A DNA stretch of 64,000 nt from contig CACYRP010000001.1 of the NCBI GenBank assembly GCA_902776765.1, positions 25,144-89,143 on the forward strand, read 5' to 3'. This DNA comes from Fibrobacter succinogenes (lineage in GTDB: Bacteria > Fibrobacterota > Fibrobacteria > Fibrobacterales > Fibrobacteraceae). Positions within the stretch are counted from its first letter, which is position 1. Each line of letters begins with the position of its first letter. A program made the translations under genes and the position numbers. The notes below the pieces were generated by a model. That model was not told where the DNA came from. It saw nothing but the letters and a program-made list of their open reading frames with translations, and did no database searches. Below are positions 47,647 through 56,865 of the stretch, piece after piece.

Positions 47647-48627
47647 TTGACCCCTTCCGGCTTCGTCCTTTTGGATAAAATAGCAGGTGAAACTTCTTTT
47701 AAGGCCCTTTTCCCTCTGAAAAGGGTCTTTTGTACTAAGCGCGTCGGCCATGCAGGAACGCTCGACTTGCGTGCAAGCGGTTTGATTATCGCGGCTATTG
47801 GCCGTGCGACACGCCTTTTGCCCTACATTGAGGCGAAAGACAAGTGCTATACGTTCCGCCTCCACCTTGGCTACGAAACCGATACCCTTGAATGGGATGG
47901 GGAAGTGGTTTCGGTAGATGAGAGACTAGAGACGAGAGACGAGAGTAGTTGTCATCCTGGAGCCGAAGGCGATAGGATCCAGTGCGGAGTGCCATCGGTG
48001 ACGCGTGCGGACCTCGAAGCTGTTCTTCCGCAGTTCATTGGCGACATTGACCAGGTTCCGCCCAATTATTGTGCCGTGAAAATCAACGGCCATCGCGCTA
48101 GCGATTTGATGAATCGTGGTCGTGATGTGGAACTCAAGCCTCGCCGTATTCATATCGAATCGCTCAAAGTTATAGGCGAGGGCCATGTGACGGAAGGCTG
48201 TACTGGTAAATGCTTTGCCACGTTTGACCTGGAATGCAATTGCAGCAAGGGTACATACATCCGTTCGCTCGGTCGTGATTTGGCACGTGCGCTCGGAACG
48301 TGTGGCTGCGTGTCTATGATCCGCCGCCATCGTATTGGCAAAGTGACCGTGGATCAAGCTGTTCGCGGGGATGCGCTTACGCAAGAACATTTGCTCCCGC
48401 TAGATCAGGTGCTGGATTTCCCGGTGGTGCGCTTGAATGATAACCAAGTCAAGGCGATACGTTTGGGGAATTGGGTTCCTTGGCGCACTCCTGTTGAAAA
48501 TTTGAGCGCTGAACCGGGCTGTGAAAAGTTTGTCTTTACCGCTGATAAAGATGGCGTTATTATTGGTCTTGGTATTTATGATCCGGGCCGCATTTGCCCC
48601 AAGTTCTATTTGGGCGAGGATGATTAG
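47647..48627 (+). CDS. truB: tRNA pseudouridine(55) synthase TruB carrying an in-frame insert
   Basis: GFVLLDKIAGETSF, catalytic HAGTLDLRASG, CSKGTYIRSL. TTG start abutting the rbfA stop. Compared with the E. coli TruB sequence as I recall it, about 25 extra aa lie between GEVV and VTRADLEAVL. Confidence 0.9.
   Translation: MTPSGFVLLDKIAGETSFKALFPLKRVFCTKRVGHAGTLDLRASGLIIAAIGRATRLLPYIEAKDKCYTFRLHLGYETDTLEWDGEVVSVDERLETRDESSCHPGAEGDRIQCGVPSVTRADLEAVLPQFIGDIDQVPPNYCAVKINGHRASDLMNRGRDVELKPRRIHIESLKVIGEGHVTEGCTGKCFATFDLECNCSKGTYIRSLGRDLARALGTCGCVSMIRRHRIGKVTVDQAVRGDALTQEHLLPLDQVLDFPVVRLNDNQVKAIRLGNWVPWRTPVENLSAEPGCEKFVFTADKDGVIIGLGIYDPGRICPKFYLGEDD
47918..47985 (+). repeat. family C plus family A repeat sequence embedded in frame in truB
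   Basis: GATGAGAGACTAGAGACGAGAGACGAGAGTAGTT-GTCATCCTGGAGCCGAAGGCGATAGGATCCAGT, translated as DERLETRDESSCHPGAEGDRIQC. Confidence 0.75.
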
Positions 48628-48670
48628 ATTCCGGCTCGAAGGCCGGAATGACAGATAAGGTGATGATTAA

Positions 48671-49564
48671 ATGAAACGCGCTGTAACAATGGGTAATTTT
48701 GATGGGTGCCATTTGGGGCATCAGGCGCTTTTCCGTACGCTCAAGGCGGTTGCCGAAGTAAATCATTTGCAGCCGACGGTCATCAGCTTTGAACCCCATT
48801 CCAATTACGTCTTGCGTGGGCCGGGCGATCCGCTATTGCTCACGACTACAGAAGAAAAACGTGAATTCGTCGAGAGCTTTGGCCTTGAATTTTTAGTGCT
48901 GCCGTTCACGCCCGAAATGGCAAAACTCCCGTTTGATAAGTTTGTCCGCACGGAATTGATTGAAAAGCGCAATGTCGTTTCGATGTTCTTTGGCCATGAC
49001 CATTGCTTTGGTGCTGGCGGCAAGGGCAATTACGAGACGATTACCGCTGCATTCCCGGAACTATCGACGCAGATGCTTTCGATGGTGCTGCACAAGGGCG
49101 AACGTGTGAGCTCTTCTGCCGTGCGCAATGCGCTTTTGAACGGCGATGTCGATCGAGCCCAGACGTATTTGGGCCGTCCGTACCGCTTGTCTGGAACAGT
49201 CGTGGTCGGCAAACGACTTGGTCATACCATTGGATTCCCGACTGCAAACGTGCAGGTGGAACAGTACAAGTTTTTGCCGAAGGGTGGCGTGTATGTGGCA
49301 AGCGCAAGGCTTTCGGACGGTCGCATTTACCGCTCTGTCGTGAATATCGGAACGCAACCGACAACGCCTGGTTCGCACAACTTGGCGATTGAAGCCTTTT
49401 TGCTCGACTTTAACGAAGACATTTACGGACAGCATTTAGCGCTGGACTTACTCGCCTTTTTGCGCCCTGAAAAGAAGTTCGCGAGCATCGAAGATTTAAT
49501 TCGCCAAATCGGCATGGACGCCGACACTGCCAAGAATTACAACGGCAACCATTGGGCGGAATAA
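48671..49564 (+). CDS. ribF: bifunctional riboflavin kinase / FMN adenylyltransferase
   Basis: 297 aa. GNFDGCHLGHQALF, then the kinase half GRKLGFPTAN-like GKRLGHTIGFPTANV and ..IEAFLLDFNEDIYGQ. Confidence 0.9.
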   Translation: MKRAVTMGNFDGCHLGHQALFRTLKAVAEVNHLQPTVISFEPHSNYVLRGPGDPLLLTTTEEKREFVESFGLEFLVLPFTPEMAKLPFDKFVRTELIEKRNVVSMFFGHDHCFGAGGKGNYETITAAFPELSTQMLSMVLHKGERVSSSAVRNALLNGDVDRAQTYLGRPYRLSGTVVVGKRLGHTIGFPTANVQVEQYKFLPKGGVYVASARLSDGRIYRSVVNIGTQPTTPGSHNLAIEAFLLDFNEDIYGQHLALDLLAFLRPEKKFASIEDLIRQIGMDADTAKNYNGNHWAE

Positions 49565-49704
49565 ATTATTTATGCTTTCGAAAAACAAACAGAAAAAAGA
49601 ATACCAGAAGCCTAGAATGAAGGTGATTCCTCTTAAAATGCAGGGAAATCTTCTTGATAGTAGTAACCCTGATAGAATGCGAGTAATCATCGTTGATTAG
49701 ATGA

Positions 49705-52700
49705 TTAAACGATCGTGTTGTCTAGCCTGAATATTTCGGCGAGTTGCTTGTCGTCCATATCGGCAAGCCATGTTTCGCCGGCGTTCACGGTCATGTTCGC
49801 AATAGCCTTCTTCGTTTCGAGGAGGGCGTTGATTTTTTCTTCGAAGGTGCCTTTAGTGATAAAGCGGTGAACCTGCACATTGCGCTTTTGGCCGATGCGG
49901 AAGGCTCGGTCGGTGGCCTGGGCTTCGATGGCGGGATTCCACCACAAATCGTAATGGATGACTTGTGAGGCCGCGACGAGGTTGAGGCCGGTGCCACCAG
50001 CCTTGAGCGAGAGAATGAGCACTTTGCAATCTGGATTTTCCTGGAAATCCTGGATCATTTCGGAGCGCTGCGTTTGTGTGCAACCGCCGTGGTAGAAGTG
50101 CGTGCGGAGGCCGAGTTCACTTTCGATGGTAGATTTGAGCAAGTGGCCCATTTCGGCAAATTGCGTAAAGATGAGCGTCTTTTCGCCTTGCTCTTGGATG
50201 GATGTGAGCAAGTCCAGGAGCATCTGCATCTTGCCAGATTCGAGCTTGCTAGACTTTTGGGACGCGGCGTTGTCGTCTAGTCCTTTCAGGAATGTCGCGG
50301 GGTGGTTGCAGATTTGCTTGAGCGCCAAAATCATCTGCAAAATGATGCCTTTGCGTTTGAATAATGCGTGGGCATCGTTCGCAAGTTCGCTCATTTGCTG
50401 TTCTTCTTCGAGCTGCGCCAAGAAATGGTCGAGGGTTCGCTTGTAAATGGCTGCCTGTGGTTTCGTGAGTTCGGCGTATTCGTCCTGGATGATTTTATCG
50501 GGCAAGTCGCTGATGATACTCTTGTCGGTTTTGAGGCGGCGCAGCATGAACGGCGCTGTGATTTTGCGGAACGTTTCTGCAACGACCTGGTTGCCGTTCT
50601 TTTGAATAGGTGTTTCGTACTTTTCGCGGAATTCGCTTGCGCTTGGGAAGAACCCATGGTTCGCAAAATCCATGATGGTCCAGAATTCCATGAGGCGGTT
50701 TTCGACCGGGGTTCCGCTCATTGCAATTTTCATCGGGGCGCGCATGCGGCGGAGTAATTTACTTTGTTCGCTGTCAGCGTTCTTGATGTTTTGCGCTTCG
50801 TCGATGATGATGGTTTGCCATTCGATTTTGTCGAGTTCCTTGAAGTCCTTGCGGAACGTGGCGTAAGTCGTGAGCAATACATCGGCGTTGAACTTTTCCA
50901 AGTTGCGGCGGCCGCCGTGGTATGCGAAGAACTTGAGTTCTGGTGCAAATTTTTTGATTTCGACTTGCCAGTTGCAGAGGAGGCCCGCAGGCATCACAAC
51001 GATGGCTTTTTTCGTCTCGAATTTGCCTTCCTGCTTCATCTTGAGGAGGAACGTGATGACTTGTAGCGTCTTGCCGAGGCCCATGTCGTCGGCAAGGATG
51101 CAACCGAACCCGATTTCCAGATTCTTGTACATCCAGGAGTAGCCGCGCATTTGGTAGGGGCGGAGTGTTGCGTTCAAATGCTCGGGCAGCGGTATTTCTG
51201 TTTCGGCACGCCAGGCGTCGAATTGTTGCTTGAAATCGCTTGCCATTTCCACAGGGATGTTGTCGCATTCGCCGGTAAAGCAAGCTTGCACCAGTTTTGA
51301 TTGCGTGATGACCGGTGCTTGATCTTCTTCGAGAATGTCGTCGTTTGTGGCATCGGAATTCGCGAGCTTTCCATCGCTTGTTTTGGCGGAATCTCCGCCG
51401 GCGTTTCCCTTGGCTTTAGCTCCCGACTTGCCTTCAATTTTATCGCGGATGGATTGTAAATCCTGCTCGGTAATTTGCACGTAACTGGACTTGTATTTTA
51501 AAAGCCCGTCCGCTTGCTCGGCAAGTTCCAAGAATTCTTTTGCCGAAATGTTCTCGTCGCCGATGGCAATTTCCCAGTCAAAATCGAGAAGGTCGCTTGC
51601 ACTGAACGCTCCGAAGCTCATGCTGCCTTGCAAGCGCATTTTGGGCTTGGGTTTGCCGATGTTCAACAAGTTTTTTGGAATTTCGGTTTGGATGCCGAAC
51701 AACTGAAGCTTTTTGAGGCAATCCTGCAAAAAGTCGAGGAGTTCTGCGCCACGCATCAAGATGGGGGCGCTGGCGTGGCGTTCCAAGTAGGCGTCGAGGG
51801 GCTTGAAACCATCGGCAATGCCGTTCAGTACGCTCAAAATCGAAAGCAGGCGAGAGTCGTGGTTTTCAAAAAGTTCCGAAAGCGGCGTGCGTCTTGCGGC
51901 ATTCAACAGTCCCGCCGCATTCTCGGCATTCCCGCTTGCACTTGTTGCGTCATTCCCGGCGGCATTTTTAGCCGCGTTCTCGCTTACACTCGTGGCATTC
52001 GCTGCAGTTCCGTCTTCATCAAGCACAAAAACGTCCAGCGCTACATCTTCATCTATTTCGCTACAGACAAAGAGAATCTGCGTACGGCAACCCAGGCAAG
52101 AATACACCGAAAGCCATTGCTGGATTTTTCCGGGAATGGCGTGCGCGTTGTTCGCAAGCTTCCCAGAAACGCTATCGAAAAAGAACGAGAGCAAGTTGCC
52201 GTGATTCGTCTTGAGCGGCGTTTTGTACGTGCGCGCGAACTTTAACAACTGCGAAATGAACAGCGAAAGAATGTGTTCCGCCGGTTCCGCAATTTCAAAA
52301 AATTCTTCGTCTTTGCTGGTCCATGCGAGTTCTCGCGGCGCTGTCACTTCGAGGTCTGCGACAATGTATAAAATTTCCGGCAACATCTCCGCAGGCAACC
52401 AGCGCATTTGCGCCACGTCTTTCCCGATCCAAAAAACTTGCGGATAAATCGCCCCAGTGCGTACGAGGTAAAATGCCACTTGCAACATCAAATGCAAATA
52501 GCGCACGGAGTAATGGTGCCACGAAAAATTGCCAGCGCTAAGGCAGCAGAGTGCGCCCATCACATTTTTGACGGTGAGGTTGCTGTCGATAACTTTATTG
52601 GCGAGCGATTGCTCAAAATTCCAGTGCCAGCCTGGCCTATGGAACAAGCGTAATTGCTCGTTTTCCATCAGGAACGTCTTGGCGTTATTCACGCGGAACT

Positions 52701-53697
52701 GTTCCGAAAATGCATCGAAATTTTCAAAGTCGCAAAAGAACTTGTGACACGCTTGTAGTTCGTCCGTAAAACTCTTACGGAAATTCCCAGCCGGGCAAAA
52801 CTTCGGAAAGTTTTGCAACATGGCGGGCAAAATGTGCGAGTAATCTTTCCAGCTCTTGAAATCGAATGTTGGCAGTTGCTTGGGTGGAATGCTGTTTTGC
52901 GATTCGCGGCCCGAGCCCTTATACCCACCAAATAAACTAGCGCTCGCGTCTTCGGCATGGGAGAGTTCTGCAGCTTGTTCCGCATCAATTTCTGCGCGGT
53001 TCCCAGCGGCTGTCTCGCCGCGATTTTCGCTTGCATTCCCGGCATCACTGGTAGAGGCGTCCTTGGCGACATTTCCGACAGCAGATGCTTTCCCAGCACT
53101 GTTCCCGCCACTTTCTCCGACAATCCTCGTTGCCTTACTGAACGACCTCACGAGATTTGCTTCGGGCGGAGCTTCCATTTCCATGGAGTCCGGTTTAAAG
53201 TCCTTGATAAACTCAAGATCAAGCCCATGAATCTTGAAAAGGACGTTCGGCTCTTTGTCCGCTTCTTCGGCAATTTTCAAAAATGTGGCAACGAGGTATT
53301 TGCACGGGCGTTCGTCGCGGCAGTCGCAACCCATGTTCACCTTGGTGGGGTCGTCAAAAAGCTGGAGCCCGCTCTTGGCCATCAAAAGTTCAAGTGAAGG
53401 GCTTAGCGCCTTGTTATTGAACGCTAAAAGTTCCGCAGGCTGCTGCTTTAAAAAGCTCACGAAGATTTCGGAAGATTCTTTTGAAAATTTCGGGAAGACG
53501 ATGTAGTTGTTGTGGAGCCCGCCATTCGGACCTTTCACCACGGAAATCACGCGGTTGTCGATAATGTCGATATTTGCGACTTGGCCACGTGCAGCGAACT
53601 TGAGCCCCTGCAAAATAGCTTGCTCACTTGCGGTTGCAAGAATCGAACTCAACCACTTGTTTGCCCACCAAGTCTTTCCATAACTTCCAAAATCCAT
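49705..53697 (-). CDS. SNF2-family helicase with N-terminal SWIM-like zinc finger
   Basis: 1330 aa. CDCRDERPCKY (CxCx5CxY). SNF2_N motifs LADDMGLGKT and DEAQNIKN. Helicase_C motifs GGTGLNL and QATDRAFRIGQ. Three Ala/Asn/Gly/Ser low-complexity inserts. Confidence 0.85.
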   Translation of the reverse strand: MDFGSYGKTWWANKWLSSILATASEQAILQGLKFAARGQVANIDIIDNRVISVVKGPNGGLHNNYIVFPKFSKESSEIFVSFLKQQPAELLAFNNKALSPSLELLMAKSGLQLFDDPTKVNMGCDCRDERPCKYLVATFLKIAEEADKEPNVLFKIHGLDLEFIKDFKPDSMEMEAPPEANLVRSFSKATRIVGESGGNSAGKASAVGNVAKDASTSDAGNASENRGETAAGNRAEIDAEQAAELSHAEDASASLFGGYKGSGRESQNSIPPKQLPTFDFKSWKDYSHILPAMLQNFPKFCPAGNFRKSFTDELQACHKFFCDFENFDAFSEQFRVNNAKTFLMENEQLRLFHRPGWHWNFEQSLANKVIDSNLTVKNVMGALCCLSAGNFSWHHYSVRYLHLMLQVAFYLVRTGAIYPQVFWIGKDVAQMRWLPAEMLPEILYIVADLEVTAPRELAWTSKDEEFFEIAEPAEHILSLFISQLLKFARTYKTPLKTNHGNLLSFFFDSVSGKLANNAHAIPGKIQQWLSVYSCLGCRTQILFVCSEIDEDVALDVFVLDEDGTAANATSVSENAAKNAAGNDATSASGNAENAAGLLNAARRTPLSELFENHDSRLLSILSVLNGIADGFKPLDAYLERHASAPILMRGAELLDFLQDCLKKLQLFGIQTEIPKNLLNIGKPKPKMRLQGSMSFGAFSASDLLDFDWEIAIGDENISAKEFLELAEQADGLLKYKSSYVQITEQDLQSIRDKIEGKSGAKAKGNAGGDSAKTSDGKLANSDATNDDILEEDQAPVITQSKLVQACFTGECDNIPVEMASDFKQQFDAWRAETEIPLPEHLNATLRPYQMRGYSWMYKNLEIGFGCILADDMGLGKTLQVITFLLKMKQEGKFETKKAIVVMPAGLLCNWQVEIKKFAPELKFFAYHGGRRNLEKFNADVLLTTYATFRKDFKELDKIEWQTIIIDEAQNIKNADSEQSKLLRRMRAPMKIAMSGTPVENRLMEFWTIMDFANHGFFPSASEFREKYETPIQKNGNQVVAETFRKITAPFMLRRLKTDKSIISDLPDKIIQDEYAELTKPQAAIYKRTLDHFLAQLEEEQQMSELANDAHALFKRKGIILQMILALKQICNHPATFLKGLDDNAASQKSSKLESGKMQMLLDLLTSIQEQGEKTLIFTQFAEMGHLLKSTIESELGLRTHFYHGGCTQTQRSEMIQDFQENPDCKVLILSLKAGGTGLNLVAASQVIHYDLWWNPAIEAQATDRAFRIGQKRNVQVHRFITKGTFEEKINALLETKKAIANMTVNAGETWLADMDDKQLAEIFRLDNTIV

Positions 53698-53887
53698 GCG
53701 CCCAAATATAGTAAAAAGTGCTCAAATGAACAAATTAAATTCGGCGCAGCTTTGGCTTCTCCTTGAAATAGGGTTTAAATAATTCTATCTTTGTGCTTGT
53801 AAATCGGTCAGTTCGAAACCATCCTGACCTTAGGCTGTGGCGACTTACGAAATCCCGCGGACCTATAAACCAAAACTAGGAGACAAC

Positions 53888-54364
53888 ATGCGTTCAGAAG
53901 CAGAACTCGAAGGTGTTACGCTCTTGGGCAACAACAAGACCCAGTACAAGACCACCTACAGCCCCGAAGTGCTCGAAAAGTTCCCGAACAAGCATCCGGG
54001 TAACGACTACATGGTCACTTTCAACTGCCCGGAATTCACGAGCCTTTGCCCGAAAACAGGCCAGCCGGACTTCGCCGAAATCAAGATCAACTACATTCCT
54101 GACCAGTATTTGGTGGAATCCAAGTCCCTCAAGCTTTACATGTTCTCGTTCCGCAATCATGGCGATTTTCATGAAGACTGTGTGAACATCATCATGAAGG
54201 ATTTGGTGAAGTTACTCGACCCCAAGTACATCGAAGTCGAAGGCATCTTTATGCCGCGCGGTGGCATTTCCCTTTACCCGTTCGCGAATTACGGCAAGCC
54301 GGGCACGGAATTCGAAGCCATCGCCAAGAATCGTCTGTTTTCTGCGATAGATCGTAGAAGATAG
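53888..54364 (+). CDS. queF: NADPH-dependent 7-cyano-7-deazaguanine reductase (type I QueF)
   Basis: 158 aa. [14 protein letters not shown] (catalytic Cys) and the QueF motif [21 protein letters not shown] lies 6 nt before the ATG at codon 18 of the track ORF. Confidence 0.9.
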   Translation: MRSEAELEGVTLLGNNKTQYKTTYSPEVLEKFPNKHPGNDYMVTFNCPEFTSLCPKTGQPDFAEIKINYIPDQYLVESKSLKLYMFSFRNHGDFHEDCVNIIMKDLVKLLDPKYIEVEGIFMPRGGISLYPFANYGKPGTEFEAIAKNRLFSAIDRRR

Positions 54365-54375
54365 CAATTCATAAC

Positions 54376-54475
54376 GTCATTCTGAGCAAGTGAAACGCAG
54401 CGAAGAATCCAGTTAAATGTGACTGGATCCTTCATCCCAAAAGGGATTCAGGATGACCCCGGAACAAGTCCGGGG
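54376..54475. repeat. family A inverted pair plus GC hairpin
   Basis: GTCATTCTGAGCAAGTGAAACGCAGCGAAGAATCCAGT / ACTGGATCCTTCATCCCAAAAGGGATTCAGGATGAC, then CCCCGGAACAAGTCCGGGG. Confidence 0.8.
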
Positions 54476-54537
54476 CAGGCTCAGTGAACTACCTACTGCG
54501 CCTACTAACCACTTCCTACTTCTAACTTCCTACTACT

Positions 54538-55248
54538 ATGCAAAACGAAATTATCCTCATAGCCTCCATCTTCGTGTTCTTTGGCGGCCTCGTTGCATTC
54601 TTCCGCTTCTTCGGCAAGCAGGGCATTTTCGCCTGGACCGTCATTTGCACGATTGCGGCAAACATCGAAGTGCTCATTCTCGTGCATGCCTTTGGGCTCG
54701 ACACCACGCTCGGCAACGTCATTTTCGCATCGTCATTTTTGGCGACTGACATCATGAGCGAAATTTTCGGCAAAAAAGAAGCAAGCCGCTGCGTTAAAAT
54801 CGGCATCCTTGCCAACGTCACGTTCATTCTCATTTCGCAAAGTTGGTTCTTGTACATCCCGGCCGAAGGTGATACCATGGCTGAACCCATCCGCACTGTG
54901 TTTTCGAATACGCCTCGTGTAATGATTGCTAGTTTGTTTGCATACGCCGTTTGTGAAATGTACGACGTTTGGGCTTACCACGCCGTCTGGAAATGGACCG
55001 AAAAAAAGTTTGGCAGCAAGAAGCGTTATTTGTGGCTGCGCAACAACGGTTCCACGCTGGTGAGCCAACTGATTAACGTGGTCGTGTTCAACCTACTTGC
55101 GTTTGCAGGCGTTTTCCCGTGGAATACGATTGGCGAAATTTTGATTTTTGGCTACGGCATTTTCATCGTGACATCGCTCATGGACACTCCATTTGTGTAT
55201 CTCGCTCGCCGCATTGCCGAAAAACACCCGGAACTGTTGAACGAGTAA
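54538..55248 (+). CDS. yhhQ: queuosine precursor transporter (YhhQ/VUT family)
   Basis: 236 aa polytopic protein. The pattern ..LGNVIFASSFLATDIMSEIFGKKEA..LVSQLINVVVFN.. is typical of the YhhQ family. Adjacent to queF. Confidence 0.8.
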   Translation: MQNEIILIASIFVFFGGLVAFFRFFGKQGIFAWTVICTIAANIEVLILVHAFGLDTTLGNVIFASSFLATDIMSEIFGKKEASRCVKIGILANVTFILISQSWFLYIPAEGDTMAEPIRTVFSNTPRVMIASLFAYAVCEMYDVWAYHAVWKWTEKKFGSKKRYLWLRNNGSTLVSQLINVVVFNLLAFAGVFPWNTIGEILIFGYGIFIVTSLMDTPFVYLARRIAEKHPELLNE

Positions 55249-55304
55249 AGAACGTTTTTTGTATATTAAAAGTCGTTCTACTATAAAATGGAGAAGTAAA
55301 TTTT

Positions 55305-55733
55305 ATGAAGATTTCCCTTGCTTTGATTTTGGCTAGCTCCCTTGCTTTCTTTGCTTGCGGTAGTGATGACGATTCCCCGACGGGCGCAAAGGCCGGTTAT
55401 GACTGCACCGTGTCGGACGGCGTCAAGGTTGCTTATCCGACTGTTAGCGAACAGTTCAAAGTAGGCCAAACGATTGATGTTGTTTTCGGTACGACCATTG
55501 ACGATGGTTATCGTATCGTTTTCAAGAAGAATACGGGCGATCCCGGTTATGATTTGTTCGACGAATCCTTTGATTTGACAGTTCCGGCTGATGGCAAGAC
55601 TTGCCAAACAGTGAAAGTCAAACTCGATGCCGAAAAGGGAGTTGAACCGACCTTGACCGGTATTATCCGCGTTATTCCGTACAACAAGCAGAATCAGGGT
55701 AACAATTCCGAGCTCTTCGTTGTTAAGGAATAA
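55305..55733 (+). CDS. small lipoprotein, stand-alone copy of the 40243 N-terminal domain
   Basis: Lipobox FFAC. GYDCTVSDGVKVAYP..QFKVGQTIDVVFGT..DGKTCQTVKVKL..GVEPTLTGIIRVIPYNKQNQG aligns over about 110 aa with 40189..42099 residues 85-200 or so. Confidence 0.6.
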   Translation: MKISLALILASSLAFFACGSDDDSPTGAKAGYDCTVSDGVKVAYPTVSEQFKVGQTIDVVFGTTIDDGYRIVFKKNTGDPGYDLFDESFDLTVPADGKTCQTVKVKLDAEKGVEPTLTGIIRVIPYNKQNQGNNSELFVVKE

Positions 55734-56845
55734 TGAACCTTCAGTTCAATGATTCTAGTATCACCGTAGCCGTTGTCGGTTGCGGTGGTTTTATTGGTTG
55801 TCACCTTCTTGATGCCATTTTAACGCGCACCCAGTGGCGCGTTTTTGGCGTTGATTTGGACTTTTACAGGATTCAGCATAGGCTTGGCGACGAACGTTGC
55901 GAGTTTATGGTGGCTGATCTTGCCGATAAGAGTGTCGTTGAACGAATTGCAAAATATCCGATTGTTGTGAATTTGGCGGCAATTTGCGTGCCGAGCCGCT
56001 ACATGGCGGAAGCACCCGAAGTAATCCGCAGCAATTACGACCATCCGGCAGCGTTGGCCGATGCTTGTGCAAAGTCTGGCTCTTGGCTGATTCATTTTTC
56101 GACGTCCGAAATTTACGGGCGCACGTCGGCTGATTCTGGATTGCTGTTAGAAGACGAAACCGAGTTGACTTTTGGACCTGTGACGGCGAGCCGTTGGAGT
56201 TATGCAACCGCAAAACTCCTTACGGAGCGCTATATTGCGGGTCTCAAGAATTTGAAGTGGACCGTGGTTCGACCGTTCAACTTTGTCGGGCCGTATATGG
56301 ACTTTATGCCGGGTGTTGATGGCTCGGGCATTCCGCGTGTGCTTGCGAATTTTTCGTCGGCGCTTGTGCGTGGCGAGCCGCTTAAGCTTGTGAATGGCGG
56401 TGTTGCAAAGCGCAGTTTTACAAGTGTCTTTGATGCGGTTGATTTTATGTTTGCGCTATTTGAAGTGGGTTTCTCGGCGAATGCTGTTGGAATGACTTCG
56501 AAAGCAGCGGGTAAATCGCCGTTGTCGCAAGCATTCAATATCGGTAATCCGGACAACGAACTTACGATTGCGGAACTCGCCGAGAAAATGCGCAAAATTT
56601 TTGCGGACATTAGGGGAGTGCCTGTGGATTCTATTCCTGAACCGGAAGAGGTTTCGGGCGTGGAATATTACGGCGAAGGCTACGAAGATTCCATGCGCCG
56701 TTTGCCGTCAGTCGAAAAGGCGGAGCGCTTGCTAGGCTTTAAGGCGAAGACTCCGATTGATGTTGTGCTGCGTGAATCGTTAGAGTGGTTTGTCGGACAT
56801 TACAGCAATACAAGTTATTCTGATACTGATTCTGCGTCATCCTGA
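55733..56845 (+). CDS. NAD-dependent epimerase/dehydratase, ArnA C-terminal (UDP-GlcA decarboxylase)-like
   Basis: GCGGFIGCHL Rossmann motif, HFSTSEIYG and WSYATAKLL (YxxxK) parallel ArnA FPSTSEVYG / WIYSVSKQL. The stop codon lies inside a family A repeat. Confidence 0.7.
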   Translation: MNLQFNDSSITVAVVGCGGFIGCHLLDAILTRTQWRVFGVDLDFYRIQHRLGDERCEFMVADLADKSVVERIAKYPIVVNLAAICVPSRYMAEAPEVIRSNYDHPAALADACAKSGSWLIHFSTSEIYGRTSADSGLLLEDETELTFGPVTASRWSYATAKLLTERYIAGLKNLKWTVVRPFNFVGPYMDFMPGVDGSGIPRVLANFSSALVRGEPLKLVNGGVAKRSFTSVFDAVDFMFALFEVGFSANAVGMTSKAAGKSPLSQAFNIGNPDNELTIAELAEKMRKIFADIRGVPVDSIPEPEEVSGVEYYGEGYEDSMRRLPSVEKAERLLGFKAKTPIDVVLRESLEWFVGHYSNTSYSDTDSASS

Positions 56846-56865
56846 GCTGCGCGAAGGATTCAGTT

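Noticed and set aside
49705-53697. SNF2 helicase as part of a phage-defence island (DISARM/BREX-like)
   Set aside because: There is no adjacent methyltransferase, PLD/nuclease or other defence partner. It is flanked by ribF and queF, and the architecture matches widespread stand-alone SWIM-SNF2 (YwqA-like) proteins.
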